From Paraglomus brasilianum (taxonomy: Eukaryota): a stretch of DNA of 64,000 nucleotides. Below are positions 39,701-52,364 of the stretch, in pieces; positions within the stretch are counted from its first letter, which is position 1; each line of letters starts with the position of its first letter. The notes beneath the pieces were generated by a model, which was not told where the DNA came from, searched no databases, and saw only the letters and a list, made by a program, of their open reading frames with translations. A program made the position numbers and the translations under genes. The stretch covers positions 1 through 64,000 of the forward strand of contig CAJVPI010000031.1 in NCBI GenBank assembly GCA_910592345.1. Reading direction: 5' to 3'.

Positions 39701-42700
39701 CGCATAGTTTGTTATATTTTTAGAAAATGTCCCATTCAAAATGTAAAGTAGGGAGGCAGCTTACTTGCATGTTACAGACAGAATATTAATATCTGATGCG
39801 AATAAGAAGATTGGTTGTAAGTTGGATGGGTACAAGATAGAGTGGTCCAGAACAAGAGAATACCAAGTACGAGTAAATGCATAATTTATTTGTGACGTCA
39901 TATGAAATCTTGGCAAGTAAAATCCAGAATTTTGCTGAACATACTTAAAAAGATGAGGAACGTATCACCGTAGCCCAAAGTCTTTTCGATCATGGACCGT
40001 TTTCATGGCAAAAGAGTAAATACATTGGATTTGAAAAGGTCATTAGGGAAAACGGTGATCACCGACAATATATATTAGACTTGTTATAGCTCTGTTAGTC
40101 GGAGAGGGGAGGCTTATGTGTGGAAAGTTGCTTATGTGGTTTCGCAACATTACCGATTTGTGCGACAACTGTAGGTAACGCTAACACGACCTGTTCCTAT
40201 TGGATTACACGCAAAACGTTATGCACAACAAGCTCATCTGTCAAGCATAAATCCGGATTAGAATTACTAATTAGTGAAGTAGAAAGATGTTAATTGGTGT
40301 CAATAAACTCGGGTGGTGAAATAGAGAGAGAGGCTTGACTGCCAGTATCAGACAAGAGCCAACAAGGCAATCTGATGGCCAATCTGGAAAAGCCCGTAAC
40401 GGCCCGTGATATATCAAATAGAGAGACATTCATTGATTTGGCGACACAACCCCTGGATGCTTATCGAGTGTCTTGAGAAAGAATTTTTTTTTTTTTTAAA
40501 TCGACAATCAATCAATCAAAAGAAAGATCTTCCAATCAGATATCAAGCTTTGTGATCGTTCAAACAATTTTGGCAAAAATGGTGACAGCCACGATGGGAT
40601 GGTTTTTTGGCGTTGAAAAAGAAGTCATGTCCTCCAAATAAAAGATGGTTGCTTATGATGTCATATGCTCACCTTCGTCAGCTTTTTTTTTTTGTTGCAG
40701 CACACCCCGTGGGGTACCTTACGAAACCGCATCGATTCTTACATAACATACAGCACAGTATGCAGGCTCGACAAACGCCAGATTACCCAACCAGCGGCAT
40801 ACTCATCGATTGCTTTGCCACAACGTTCAATTCACTTGATCGTTCAACGTTCGATGATGCAGAGACGGTGCTCAACAAGATTGGCAACAGAAAGCCTTCG
40901 TATCATCGCAACCTGTTCCCCACTTGAAAATCATAAGTGATGAGCTGAAAATCGATTTGCACTATATACGATCGGAAGATGAGAAGGAAATTTTATGTTG
41001 ATAAAAAGATATCGTGATTGCTTGATAAGAAGGCACAATTGACATGTGAATTTCATATTCATTATAATTATAATCTATACTCTATGATTTCTCCCAAAGA
41101 GCATTACAACTAAAAAAAATAATACTCGCATCAAAATAGTTAGATGCGAGACTCGGAAAAAGAAAAAAAACATGTGCATTTACGTAGCAAGCGTAAACAT
41201 CTTACAACGCCAATCCTTCTCTTTTCACACACTAAACTCGAGATCCTTTCTCTCTTCCTCTTCTTTTCCTGCCCCTCGTCACTTTTCCCCCGAATCATAT
41301 AAATCTTATCTGCTTGATGTCGTCATCGCTAATAAACATTCATTTATCGTTGCATTTTTCGTGCATGTCCCCCGAATATAATTAGAAATGCATTACTTTC
41401 AGGGAAACAGAAATAAGCAAAAAACTGGTACAACTCCATGGCATAATAATAATGGTTACATATAATAACCTGATTTATATTGTATGCATGAGGATACCCC
41501 AATATGGGAAATGATAGCGACTGTGAGTGACTAGTCGAATTTACTAGCAAACAAACACAATTAAAAACGATACAATTTCAGGTTATGATGAACACAGAGA
41601 GACTGGCAAGTATTGTCGTTAACTGATTCTTTTCAATGCTTCTTCATACTGGTATTTTAGTACAATGGATATCCATTAGTTATCCGCAGCTAGTTCAGGG
41701 GTGTACCTCCCAAGAAGGATCAACACGAATAAGAAAAGGTGTAAAACACCCTTTTACTGCAAGTTTGCTCTGTTACCTCTTGAATTTCCTATCATCACTA
41801 TACGTTTAGTAGAACAGACTAGCTATGTCCGTAAGATCTGCGGAAAAAAAACTCTCTCTCTCTCAACAGACCCTGCAGATCTTGCAAAGAAAAGACCTCC
41901 TACTGCGAAGATCGACCTCAAAAGGCTGTTCTTTGACCGAACATACGCCTGCATTGACCCTCGATAAAGTAAGGTTTTGAAAGAAACATGCAGTTTTTTA
42001 TCAATGCTTGCGATTGTCCAATTCAACCGAGAAAGTAAAGATATTACATAACGTAAATGTCGCAGCTGCTGTCCGCACGACTATTAATTATCATGTTGTA
42101 AACGTATTGCTCACTCACGCATTGTATGGGCTTGCTCAACGCCAAAATCGTGAGGTATCTTTTTCGAATAAAGTAATTCATCGTCACATCTGCTTTGCAA
42201 GTGGGGGGAGTCGATCTACGAGATGAGGTCCCCTGGCCGATAATGAGAGTGAAGGCAAGCGCAATGTCTATCGTTCTTATGTGCTCAATCGTTATATGAT
42301 GATCATTTCACAGCAAAGTGTTAAACTTTCGTTAGCGTCGTTGTTCACGCATATGGATAGCGAAAATCTGTTTGGAAATCAGTCATTGGGTCGAATAGTC
42401 ACAACATTTACGAAACATTGTTTGTAATACCATGACATTCGGGGGAAACCCCAGGAAAATCATTTCGTTTGTCTTGTCTAAGCTTCCATTCAAGATTATA
42501 TCTCGGCTGATAGTACTATTAATAAATAATTGCGACTAGTCCTAATTAGCGTTTGTACTACCGTTAGAGTTCGCTGTTTGTCTCCGAGCGCACTCATACA
42601 ATGAATGAAATTTCTCATTTGGACCAGCTGTAACATATTGCGGTCTGCCCTTGCTGCTGTTTGTAAATAACATAAGATATTAATACGGGGGAGATGTAAA

Positions 42701-44601
42701 AATAGAAACAATGGACACGAGAATTTAATATGTGTCCTGACTTATATTCACTTACAATATCAGTATATATATGTATATATGTATGTATGTGGGGATATAG
42801 GCATTTCAAAGATTATCACAATCTCATACGATATACAGTACATGATTATTTGCTACTCAAAAATTGCTCACGAGAGATTCTTATCGTTCCTATCTTTGTT
42901 ATGTGATAATACATAAACCGTGTGATATGAGGATGCATTGACAGAAAGCAGTGGAATGAGCGGGAGCACTATACAGGGGGGGAGGATGTTAAGGGGTGAG
43001 ATGTGTGTGTTAAAGTGCGCCGTTTTGATCTACGTTCCTTATTTGTCATCAGAAATATGTAGAGAATACAATAACAACAAATAGATATTCTTATGTGATG
43101 GTTTACTCAATTTCTATACCATTCAACACTCCTCCATCTCTCTTCTTATCACTCCACCCATCTATCAGTGAGCTAGGCTTTGTTTGTCTGATGGCTGGTT
43201 ATGTCGATCACTAGAGACCAAAGCAAATTCGCCACTTTCGCATCCAGCCACAGACGGTCATTTGCATGCAATGGACGGAAATATATATACAATGAATATA
43301 CCAACATGGAATATATAACGATTTTCCTTGTCTTTCGCCCTTCCCTTTGACAGTTACATTATTGTTATCATCCAATCAAGATAATACACTTGGAGGTATA
43401 TACAAAGATCGTAATCTCTGCCCAATTTAGCCGAGTTGAAATGTTATATTAATATATTTATTAATGTTTAGCACATTTCTATTAACCGTTGTCATGTGGA
43501 TGCCGTCCAACGTGCGTGGTATATGCAGTGAGATATCATTTGCTTATTGCAAATATGAATAGACGTTCTACACAGACCTCTCGTCTGTGGTTTACTATGA
43601 GTGGTTGGAAGGATATGCAGCCGAGAGGATTAAGGAATGGCTGTGCGAGTAACAAGCGAGAAACGGGGTAAAGTGAGGTAAACAAAGGGAAATAATAGAA
43701 ATGAATGGAAAAGCGAGATAAAGGGAAAGGGGGGGGGGATGGGTCGACATTATGATAAGCAAGAGAGAGATGGGTAATCAATCGTATTAATATACTCATG
43801 ATGATTGCGCATACATACTGTATATATATTACGTATTACAAATATGACAATTGTCACATTAAATCTATAAAACTGTCTCACCTCAAAACCTTAACTAAAT
43901 TGTACTTGTTTGTCTGCCTTTTTATTCACTCTCGTGTGCTAATACTTTCCTTACTGTTTTGGATTTGTGTAAGTTACGTGATTGGTTACGAGAAAATGTT
44001 ACACATACCGTATGGTAAATGTCCTTTTGCGTAACGAATAAAAATCAGATACTAATACAAAATAAACATAATGGCAAACAACAAAGCCAAGGCCGAGCGA
44101 GCGAGTGAGGGTGAGAGAGGAACGATGGATACAGGTACAATAATTGCGTATATGTCTCGCAAAGTTGTGCCAACTTTTAACCATATCCCTTGCATATAAT
44201 ACAGCGATTAACAATCGTAACTATGAGTGGCATCTGTACTACATTAAGCACGTCCGAAATATTAAATACAATGTATACACGCATATTATAAAATATAGTG
44301 TAAGCGCACAGCATGATACTATTACAGCATGTGATGTTTAGTTTTGTAATACACCACATTATATAAACAATACTATTCATATAACACCCAAATTTATATT
44401 ATTCGGCCATTCTCTCTTCTAAATGTCACATCGTCAATAATCACATAAACTCACCACTGCACGAATATTAAATACCAATCGTTCGCTATCTACGCACTTT
44501 CACAAGAAGTTTTTCGAAACCTCGCACACAAATAAACACATTAGAGTTCACACATATATACTTCACAAAGCATCCTCACACAACTACGAGGAACACGCAA
44601 T

Positions 44602-46677
44602 ATGAAAGTAAAGGTAAAATCCCCCTTCTCTATATTCAAAAAAAAGAGCATAAAAAATCCGCAAGGACAAACAAGGGACATCAAGTCAAAACCTGTAATA
44701 GAACACACCGAAGAAAAACGCAAACCAATAGACTTGGACGAGTATCAACAGCAATCCCCCCCACAAATTCAAGAACTAAAAACACAACTAGCCAACGTAT
44801 CAAAACAACACCAAATAGTAAATGACTCTCTCTCATCCGCCCAAAAAGAACTCTCGCAAGTACAAGAACAGTTACAATCCTCGCAAACTGCACTCGTCCA
44901 GAAATCCGAAGAGCTAAAAAAGACCGAAACTCAGGTCTCGCGAGTGCAAACTGAACTCCGACAATCTTTCTCCGAAGGCGAAAAGTTAAAGTCTCAATTA
45001 CGTCAAACGCAAGCAGACCTCCAGAACACGCAGACTCAACTCAAATCCATAACAGCCGAACTCGAAAACAACAAATCAGCTCTCGCAAAGACAAATTCCC
45101 TCCGACTCAACAACAACAATGACGCGAAATCAGACGAAGAGTTCAAACAATATTCTGAAAAGGTATTGGCCGAACTCAGTGCTACAAAATCGCAACTAAG
45201 CACAGCTCACAGAAAACTAGAGGAGAAACATGCCGAGCTAGAAAAGACTAATTCCGAGCTAATAAACATTAAAGCACAATTCAGCTCGTCCAACAGAGAG
45301 TTTGAGAAAACCAAGCTATCACTCGACAAAGCTAACTCGGAATTGTCTGCTCTCAAGAGCAAAGTAGTTTCTCCATCGCCCGAAGCCGAAAAACTCCAAA
45401 TGGCTAACGCTCAACTTGAAGACGAACTGAAACGTTTATTTACAGAATACAACCAACAAATCAAAGATGCGGGTGATGAACTCGAAAAGAACCGCTCTAC
45501 CATTATCCGTTTGACTGCAGAGATCCAAGATCTGGAAACCGATCTTGAAGAATCCAACAGTCGCTGTGCTGATTTTGAGAACAAGGCCAAAATAACTGAC
45601 CATGAACTAAACTCGGCAAAGTCACAAGCCGATAATTTGGCCCTAGAATTGACCGAATCACAAGTTCGACGCCAAGAGTTAGTATCGGCGCTGGATATCT
45701 TGAACAACGAGTTTGACAAGTTTAAGACTGAAAACAAGAGTTCGAGCGAAGAAACCAAAGAGCTCAAATGTCAGATTGATTTGATCAATCGAGAATTGGA
45801 TTCCGAGAAAAAGAAAGTCATGCAACTGGAAAGAGAATTGGAAACAACCAGAGAAATGCTTGAGGCTAAGGATGATTTGGCAGAATTGGTTATGAAAGTC
45901 AAGCAGGTTTGTATTTTTGTAAACCACGCGCACTCCTCCTCCACTCCTCCCCCTCCTCCCCCCCTCCTCCTCCTTCTCCCCCTCTTCTTTTTCTTTTCCG
46001 TTTTTGACACCTTTTTCTTACTCGACATTTTAGGACGAGTGGAGCAAGACCGTCGAATCCCTACGCGATGAAGTTGTATCTGTCACCAAGCAACTCAACG
46101 CAGTCAAACGGGAAAGGAAGAAGGTTGAAAAGAGTAACAAAGAGCTTAAAGCACAAAACGAGACTCTTTCCCAAAAGAAAATTCAAGAAACAGCGCGGGT
46201 GCGCGAACTTGAAGTCGAGAATTCGACGCTTCGCAAACAGGCCGACAAGGCGAAAGATCAAGGTATGCCCCTCCCCAATTTCCTCACATGTTTAAATTTA
46301 CACTTTTTCATTTCATATCGATTAAACTCCCTCTCCTCCTCTTACCCTTTCCTATTTTAGTCCGCCATGTCGAAGAGCTAAAGGTTGAGTTACAGGCATT
46401 GAAGAAGAACGGTTCGTCAAAGTCACGACGCAACCGTCGTAGTAGTTCTAATTCTACCGAGAAAACACGGACGCCAGACTCTACTACAAAAGACGAGAGA
46501 CCACCCACTCCACCAGAAACACCTCGTTTGGAATTTGAGCCTGCAAGAAACGAGTTACCCAACGACGGTTGGATCACCGTTTCGCGAAAACCTAAGAGGA
46601 ACAGTATGTGTTCACAGAGGACGAGCGTTTACAGTCGAGGAGGCAATTCGCAGAGGAACAGTTACTATGCGTCCTGA
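44602..46677 (+). CDS. Long coiled-coil protein of unknown function
   Basis: Exons 44602-45906, 46034-46262, 46361-46677 splice in frame; heptad-rich E/K/Q/L sequence; Ser/Arg/Pro-rich tail. Confidence 0.85.
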
Positions 46678-48235
46678 ACAAAGCAAAAACAAAAGAGAAA
46701 AAAAAAAAAAAGAAAAAAAATTTGGGGGGGTCTATCCAAATGTTGAGACTAATTAGGGATTGGTTTGGAAGGGTTAATCGAGCGTTAATTAGGGTTTTAG
46801 CACGGACGTGGTGGAACTGACTGCTTTTTTACTTTATAAATTTGGATTTTGAACGGGGAAAGGCTGTAATATAAACGACAAAAAAAAGAAGAGGAGGGGG
46901 GCCGAGGAAGGGGCCGAGGAGGGAGCCCCAAGGAGGGGATTGTTTTCTATCAATCTATCAATCTTTTTTGCTTATTTGCTTTTGGGTCGAAAGGGAAGAG
47001 TTGCTGCGCGGCTTTTTCCTCACCACACTCTGAGGAAGATTAACTTTTATTATTTTGCATTGCTTCCGATATTTCATCTTTTGGTGAAACACTTTATATA
47101 GGTGTAGCCAATTAATAGTCAAGTTACATATCACCACTTCTGTACATACCCTTTCCTCCCTTTGGACTATATATATATATATATATTATATACACAAGTA
47201 TCATATTCTTCAAATTCTCTCATCTGGCGAGCTTATTTGTTCTTTCAACTCTAGTTCTTTCCTTTTACTTTTTCGCTTCTCCGCTGTTCTTTTACTTATT
47301 GCTTTTTCGTTCCTCCATCCCTTCATTTACTTTTTTTTTTTTTCACTCATTTACTTTCGTAATTCCTAATAGTCTTTTTTTTTTCTTCGTCTTCTTTGCA
47401 TCATGGGATTGTGTTGATGGTTTTGCGTTTTCGTCTAAATCTATGGAAAAAATACAAGCTTATATTTTACCTTATTTTTGTAATTTTTACACACACAGAC
47501 GTTGGACGCTAGATGTGTTTTTTTTTTGGGACCGTCTCGACACTTGTCTTGTATGTGTCATTTAGGGCCCCAGTAGATTTTTTGGTAGTTATACACTTCA
47601 AAGGGTTGATTTCATATACTAATTAATGCTTTGACGGCTTTGAGCTAATAGTGTAATAAATCGGTTAATCTGCATTCTTTTCTTTTGCTTAAAAGCAAGG
47701 AAATTTGCACGTGTCTTTTCAAAAATATAACCTGTTGAACAGTTGTGTTGCAATAATGTCGACAAACATTGTATTCATGGTCTCTCATATCAAACACTGA
47801 TCCTGGCAATATTATATGGGATGGCCATAAAAAATATCAATTGCCGACTCTCTATCATGGAGATCGTCGCGCTGAAGTTAGAATCTGCCTGTTAGATTCG
47901 TTATCAGAAAATATATATATATGATTATCATATTCTTTTTGTACGTTATTATGACTGCAAGGATCATTTGAACTGGCAGAGTTCACTTTCAACCCACTTG
48001 TACTTTATCCCATCGAACGTTTTTGCATTTCGCAGCTTCCAATTCGAATTATACAGATTATTTCCTGCATCCGAAGAATAAAAAGATACAACTATGATTC
48101 TAGATAGTAGCCCCATGTATAAAGTATCGTTGATTGGTCACAAATAAGCATTGGTCCATACTCTCTCAAAACACACTTTACTGGCAGCCAATAAATAAAA
48201 TGGCAATTACACACATCCTTCACTGACGTTTATTC

Positions 48236-49110
48236 CTAAGCACTCGCAGTTAATAACCTCTGTCTCTGTGCAACTTGTCTGCGATTCAATCTTTGAACAT
48301 CCTTTCCCTCACTTTCCTTTTTCACCTGAGCATCTTCCTCGGATACTATTATCTCAATATGACAAGGATTGCTCATATACGGATTTATGCGCTACAACGG
48401 ATACAGATGTTAATGCAATGAAATAATAACTTGTTCAAAGACGAGTTCATCAACTTACTCCATGCGCACGGTAAGTTCTTCGTCTCTGTTTAGGTGCTCG
48501 GTTGACTTGAATGTGAGAAATTACAAGCCGATCGACTGTCAATTCCTTTGCCTAAACAAATAGCCAATTATGCATATTTCATACTATTACTAGCAGTCGC
48601 GATATTCGACAATCAATTTACTTAATCACTTACCTCTGCATTACTCTGCACATTCTTCAGTAGTCCTAAAAGAAATTCGGCACTCTTCGCTGGCCAGCGA
48701 CCTGTTTAATCAACAATCGCGCAAAGCCAGGTCAGCCTTTTCATCTAAAACCATCAGTTACGTACAATATCACAAAAGTTCATCACTGATTCATATTAAC
48801 CTTGGGTTGCGCCAAAAGCCTTTGCTTGAGCACAGCGGCCAACACCTCCATTAAAACGACGGAAAGGTACAGCTTGTTTATGGTCCTTTACATCCTCGAG
48901 ATATTTTATCGCTTTGAGAAGTTTTCTACCACTAAGAGACTTTGCTGTCTCCCGGGTATTCTTAAAGTGCACTCGAAGATATGACCCGCGCGTCTTGGCA
49001 GCTATACAAAAGAACAGCTAACAATCAATAATTTGACAAGCCAGTTGTGATTTATCATTCGCTTACTCACATTTTGCGGGGTCGGCAGGGGTGGCCGAAT
49101 ATCTCACCAT
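48236..49110 (-). CDS. RPL17: 60S ribosomal protein L17 (uL22), five coding exons; absent from the ORF track
   Basis: [33 protein letters not shown]...[29 protein letters not shown]|..[41 protein letters not shown]; probable 5'UTR intron 49145-49263. Confidence 0.96.
48734..48786 (-). ncRNA. Possible intronic box C/D snoRNA in RPL17 coding intron 2
   Basis: Minus strand GTGATGA (C) ... CTGA (D') ... GATGAAA (C'-like) ... CTGA (D). The last CTGA may instead be the branch site CTGAC. Confidence 0.3.
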
Positions 49111-49263
49111 GTTTCTACGAAAAGATCGAAATCGAATGAATTAACTGCGTATACGGCGAAGGAACAATTATCGTATGATAGCCAGATAAACGGATGAGCA
49201 AATGGATGAATGCATAGAGGATGGATGAAGGGAGGAACGAACAGGTGAAGATGGTAAGCTTAC

Positions 49264-49417
49264 CTTTAACTGGTGAATTGAAAAGAGAAGGATTTCATTA
49301 AGATTGAACAACCGATTTTATTTCGTTGAAAGTCGTGACGTCATGCATGTAATAGTACCATGTGCTACATCAACCTTTAAAAATTATAAACGCCAAATTA
49401 TGCCATCTCTAACAGTC
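49264..49417. promoter_or_regulatory. Compact divergent promoter region between RPL17 and cactin
   Basis: Only ~150 bp between the RPL17 leader-exon donor (49263) and the cactin ATG; contains CRE-like palindrome TGACGTCA at ~49336. Confidence 0.5.
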
Positions 49418-52126
49418 ATGCCGCGCAGTCCGAGTCCTAGAGATCGTCATCGTAGCCGTTCCCGATCGAGAAAGGAAAGACGCTCCCTGTCACCAAGAGA
49501 TCAGAAAAGAGCACGAAGAGGTCGATCGTCCTCAACCAGCGATCAAGATAGGCATCGTCATAGAAAAAGAAGAGAACGTTCCTCGTCGAGAGATCTTGAT
49601 AGCGACAGAGATAGCGGAAGGAGAAAGAGCAGAAAAGAAAAGAGAGAGAAAAAGGAGAAAAAGGAGAAAAAAGAAGAGAAGCGGAAGGAAAAGAAGGTTG
49701 GTAAGTGCTGCATTTTAACTAGTATGCTTGTTTTTCACGAGCTGACGACGAATTCGATCGGTTTTAGCAACGAGAATTATTAGAGAAGCAGTCCTTGGTC
49801 GAATTTTCTGCATATTCGAATGCTGATAATCCATTCGGTGACGATAATCTCGGTCAACGGTTTGAATGGGTAAAAAAAAAAGAGAGAGATAAGAAGCTGG
49901 GTATCTCTCCAGAAGAGGCATTGCGTCGCGAGCGAGAAAGACATGAAGAAACGAGAGTATGTGTATTTCAAACACTTACTTTAAAGTCTCATGTCTGATT
50001 ATTATGACTTACTTCCTACCCTCCCCTTTTCTCTCGCTATTAGTTAGAATTGGAAAAGCTCAACAAAAGACGAGCAGAAAGGGAAATCGAACAACAATTA
50101 AGAGAGGAAGAACTCGTACGTTACTGACTTTCTGCTTTTTAAATTTAATTGTTGCATATTTTATATTAATTCTCCCTACTCTTTTCGCACAGGCACGACT
50201 GCAACGCGAATTTGAGATAGCTGCTATGGGCGATTGGGCAGCGAAGGAAGACGACGTAATGGATCGTTTAGTAGTTTATCTTGCTGTTTTTTGTTTACAT
50301 CTAACCGCAAGATACTCATTATCATGTGTGTGCATCAGTTTCATCTCCAGCAAGCAAAAAAGCGCGCTGAAATTCGTATTCAAGAGAACAGAGCAAAACC
50401 AGTCGATATATTGGCAATAAATCTACGTCTAGCTGACGAATCGGAAAGTGTCGACGAATCATTGGAAATTGACGTGGATGAGCCATACACTATATTTGAA
50501 AATCTTACTATACAGGAAGTAGAAGAATTACACCAAGATATTCAGAAATACTTGAGTCTGGAGAAGAATGCCGCAAATCTCGATTTCTGGCGGGTATGTC
50601 ATTTATATAGTAATCATATTGCAAGTATTCCAACAAGACTCGACGCGATTTATTACGTTGTATTAGGCCATGATTGTTGTGTGTGATGACAAGTTATCCG
50701 AACTTCGGTCCGAGGCTGAAAGTATTGCAACGGGTCATGTCGTTGCTCCAGTCAAGGAAGAGATCAACACTATGCTTGCTAACAAGACGTATGAACAGCT
50801 TAACATCCTCCAGGGTCAGATTCAAAGTAAGCTGGCAAGCAACGAACCTTTAGAGGTCGAATATTGGGAACAATTATTAAAAGCGCTAACAGTTTGGAAA
50901 GCAAAAGTATGTTTTTGGAAGATTGTGTTATCGAATGGTGTAAGCTTGACATTAACCAAACATGCTTTAATATAGGCCAAGCTAAAATCGATGCATGAAA
51001 TCGTCTTAAAGAAGCGATTGGAACAATTACGCAGAAAACAACGAGAGGAAGCTAGTAAAGTACAGGAAGAGTTGGAGACAGCACTTGCTTCGCATGGAGG
51101 ACATGTGTATGGGGAAGGTTTAGGAGAAGATGTGTCTTTAGAGGAAGAGGAGTCAGAAGAAGCGGATCTGTTAATCGAACCGTACGATCCATCTATGAGT
51201 CCTATGCTTGTTCCCAGGCTAACGAAGGAAGACAAGCAATTGGACATATTGACAGAATGGGAAGACTATCAACAACTGGTATGTTAACAATTTTGTCTTT
51301 GTATCTCTCAATGTGTGATTTTTGCTAAATTCACTTATTTTCCAGTTAGAGAAACGTAAAGAGGTGCTACGAAATCAATTCATTCCGATGAAAATTCAAC
51401 CAAAGAAAGCAATACCCGAGGAAGAAGATGAGTCTATGGTAAGCTACAGTTACAACTGTTTTGTGATAACTTGGGAGAATCAACGGTTTTCTAAATTCTG
51501 TGTTTTCGCAGGTGTCAAGAGTATTATACGAAAGAGAAGCCGCAAAAGATTTGGATGAGGACGAAGCAATATTTAATATTGAGGAAGAGCTGGCCAAGAC
51601 AGTAGGTTATTCGTTAAATTCGCCCTAATAGTTTTTGAGACATAGCTCTAATGAAATACACATACTCTAGACCTATCTGTGGCAAGATAAGTATCGCCCC
51701 AGAAAGCCTCGGTATTTTAATCGTGTTCATACCGGATATGAATGGAACAAATACAATCAAACTCACTACGATAGTGACAATCCTCCGCCAAAAGTCGTGC
51801 AGGGATATAAATTCAATATATTTTATCCAGATCTTATTGATAAATCCAAAGCACCAACATACAGAATCGAGCGAGAGCCTGGAAATAACGATACAGTTCT
51901 TATTCGATTTATTGCTGGTCCACCTTATGAGGTAAGTACAATTTATTTTCGCACATCAAGCATTTTGTTTGAACCTAAACAAACTTTAACGTACGTATAG
52001 GATATCGCTTTCCGCATTGTAAACCGGGAATGGGAATACTCTCACAAGAAAGGCTTCAAATCTAGTTTTGATAGGGGTGTCTTACAACTACATTTTCATT
52101 TCAAAAGACATTATTATAGACGATGA
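49418..52126 (+). CDS. CACTIN: Cactin (spliceosome-associated), 11 exons
   Basis: RS/K-rich N-terminus; YSNADNPFGD..F.W.KK; FHLQQAKKRAEIRI; KYRPRKPRYFNRVHTGYEWNKYNQTHYD..NPPPKVVQGYKFNIFYPDL; AGPPYEDIAFRIVNREWE. Alternative in-frame ATG at 49400. Confidence 0.95.
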
Positions 52127-52364
52127 TTGATAAAAAAATGTATATTTAATATTATTACCGATAATGTTTAAGGGAATGCAGAATAAAAGTATATTAAATG
52201 GTTTAAGTTGATCAAAGTTTTGTTGTACTCGTCGTACGATGTTGTTTTGCTTTCATCGTATCACAAACATGTGACGCAAATCACAGAAACCACCTGTTTA
52301 CAAAATAGAAAGAATCTTGCCGAAAACTATAAACATTAATACTGATATACGACAGTACTGTATA

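Noticed and set aside
40607..42226. Short ORFs in the long intergenic region as a spliced gene
   Set aside because: Could not assemble a consistent exon chain or recognise a domain.
46750..46800. Interstitial telomere (TTAGGG)
   Set aside because: Two isolated TTAGGG copies, not tandem.
47955..47972. 18S rRNA 3' end (AAGGATCATT)
   Set aside because: Ten-base coincidence with no flanking rRNA similarity.
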